Position numbers and translations under genes: made by a program. From contig JARDVH010000130.1 in assembly GCA_030324005.1 (NCBI GenBank), positions 13,788,129 through 13,852,128 of the forward strand: a stretch of 64,000 bases of DNA, written 5' to 3'. The notes below the pieces were generated by a model that worked only from the letters and a program-made list of their open reading frames with translations, searched no databases and was not told the DNA's origin. This document shows positions 63,605 through 64,000 of this stretch, piece by piece (position 1 is the first letter of the stretch; the number at the start of each line of letters is the position of its first letter). Source of the DNA: Negaprion brevirostris (lineage: Eukaryota).

Positions 63605-64000
63605 ATTGGCAGTCACCTCTCTCAAATGTCACTATTGACAAGGAGATCCAACATAAGATCAGTTGCACTAACTGAGCCTTCCACAAACTGTGCCAGTGAG
63701 TGTTTTGACAAGGAAGATCTCTGCAAGTCAACAGAACCTCTAGTGTCCAGAGCAGTTGTCATCACCATACTCCTGCACTGCAGTGAGACTGGATTATGCA
63801 TCAATAGATAACCAGCTGGATGGCCGCAAACTGTTGCCAGGTCCTGTTTAATCAACTTTCAAATGGCCAGTGTTCTAGGGAATAGTAAAAGAAAGGCTCC
63901 AAAGGCACACTGAAGCTCTCTGTGAAGTGTGTGGCATTGACATTAATAATTGGGAGGAGTTTGTAAACAATCATCAAGCTGCATCCCGTTTTGAGTCACA
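63605..64000 (+). mobile_element. RTE-clade LINE fragment
   Basis: GSHLS..IDKEIQHKISC..AFHKL..VF..LVSRAVVITILLHCSET (cf. YxAVVxxxLLYGSETW). Confidence 0.7.

Noticed and set aside
1-64000. CRISPR array, operon or prokaryotic defence / retron system
   Set aside because: No regularly spaced repeats and no gene-dense coding; all RT and integrase motifs belong to decayed eukaryotic TEs.

Overview
Eukaryotic, repeat-rich DNA, inferred to be from a shark or other cartilaginous fish: it carries HE1-like V-SINEs, HER1/CR1 LINEs, Deu-domain SINEs and shark-type Penelope LTRs. The only host coding sequence I can support is the first coding exon of a copine gene (CPNE5/8/9 group, most like CPNE5). It lies on the minus strand at 56163-56239 inside a CpG-rich promoter, and the ORF track misses it. 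I found no exon 2, so everything to the left (over 56 kb) appears to be intron 1. The rest is decayed mobile DNA: about 22 V-SINEs, CR1, L2, Rex1 and RTE LINE fragments, two Gypsy remnants, LTR-like segments, Penelope pieces and TIR-bearing MITEs. Most notable: (1) a Penelope fold-back with a minimal hammerhead ribozyme whose core is intact; (2) a V-SINE subfamily whose 3' stem-loop matches the Rex1 LINE tail with a compensatory base-pair change; (3) two local inverted duplications; (4) an RE1/NRSE-like site formed inside a SINE head. There is no prokaryotic system or CRISPR array. Repeat boundaries are approximate, identities were counted by eye, and family names come from recognition rather than a database search.
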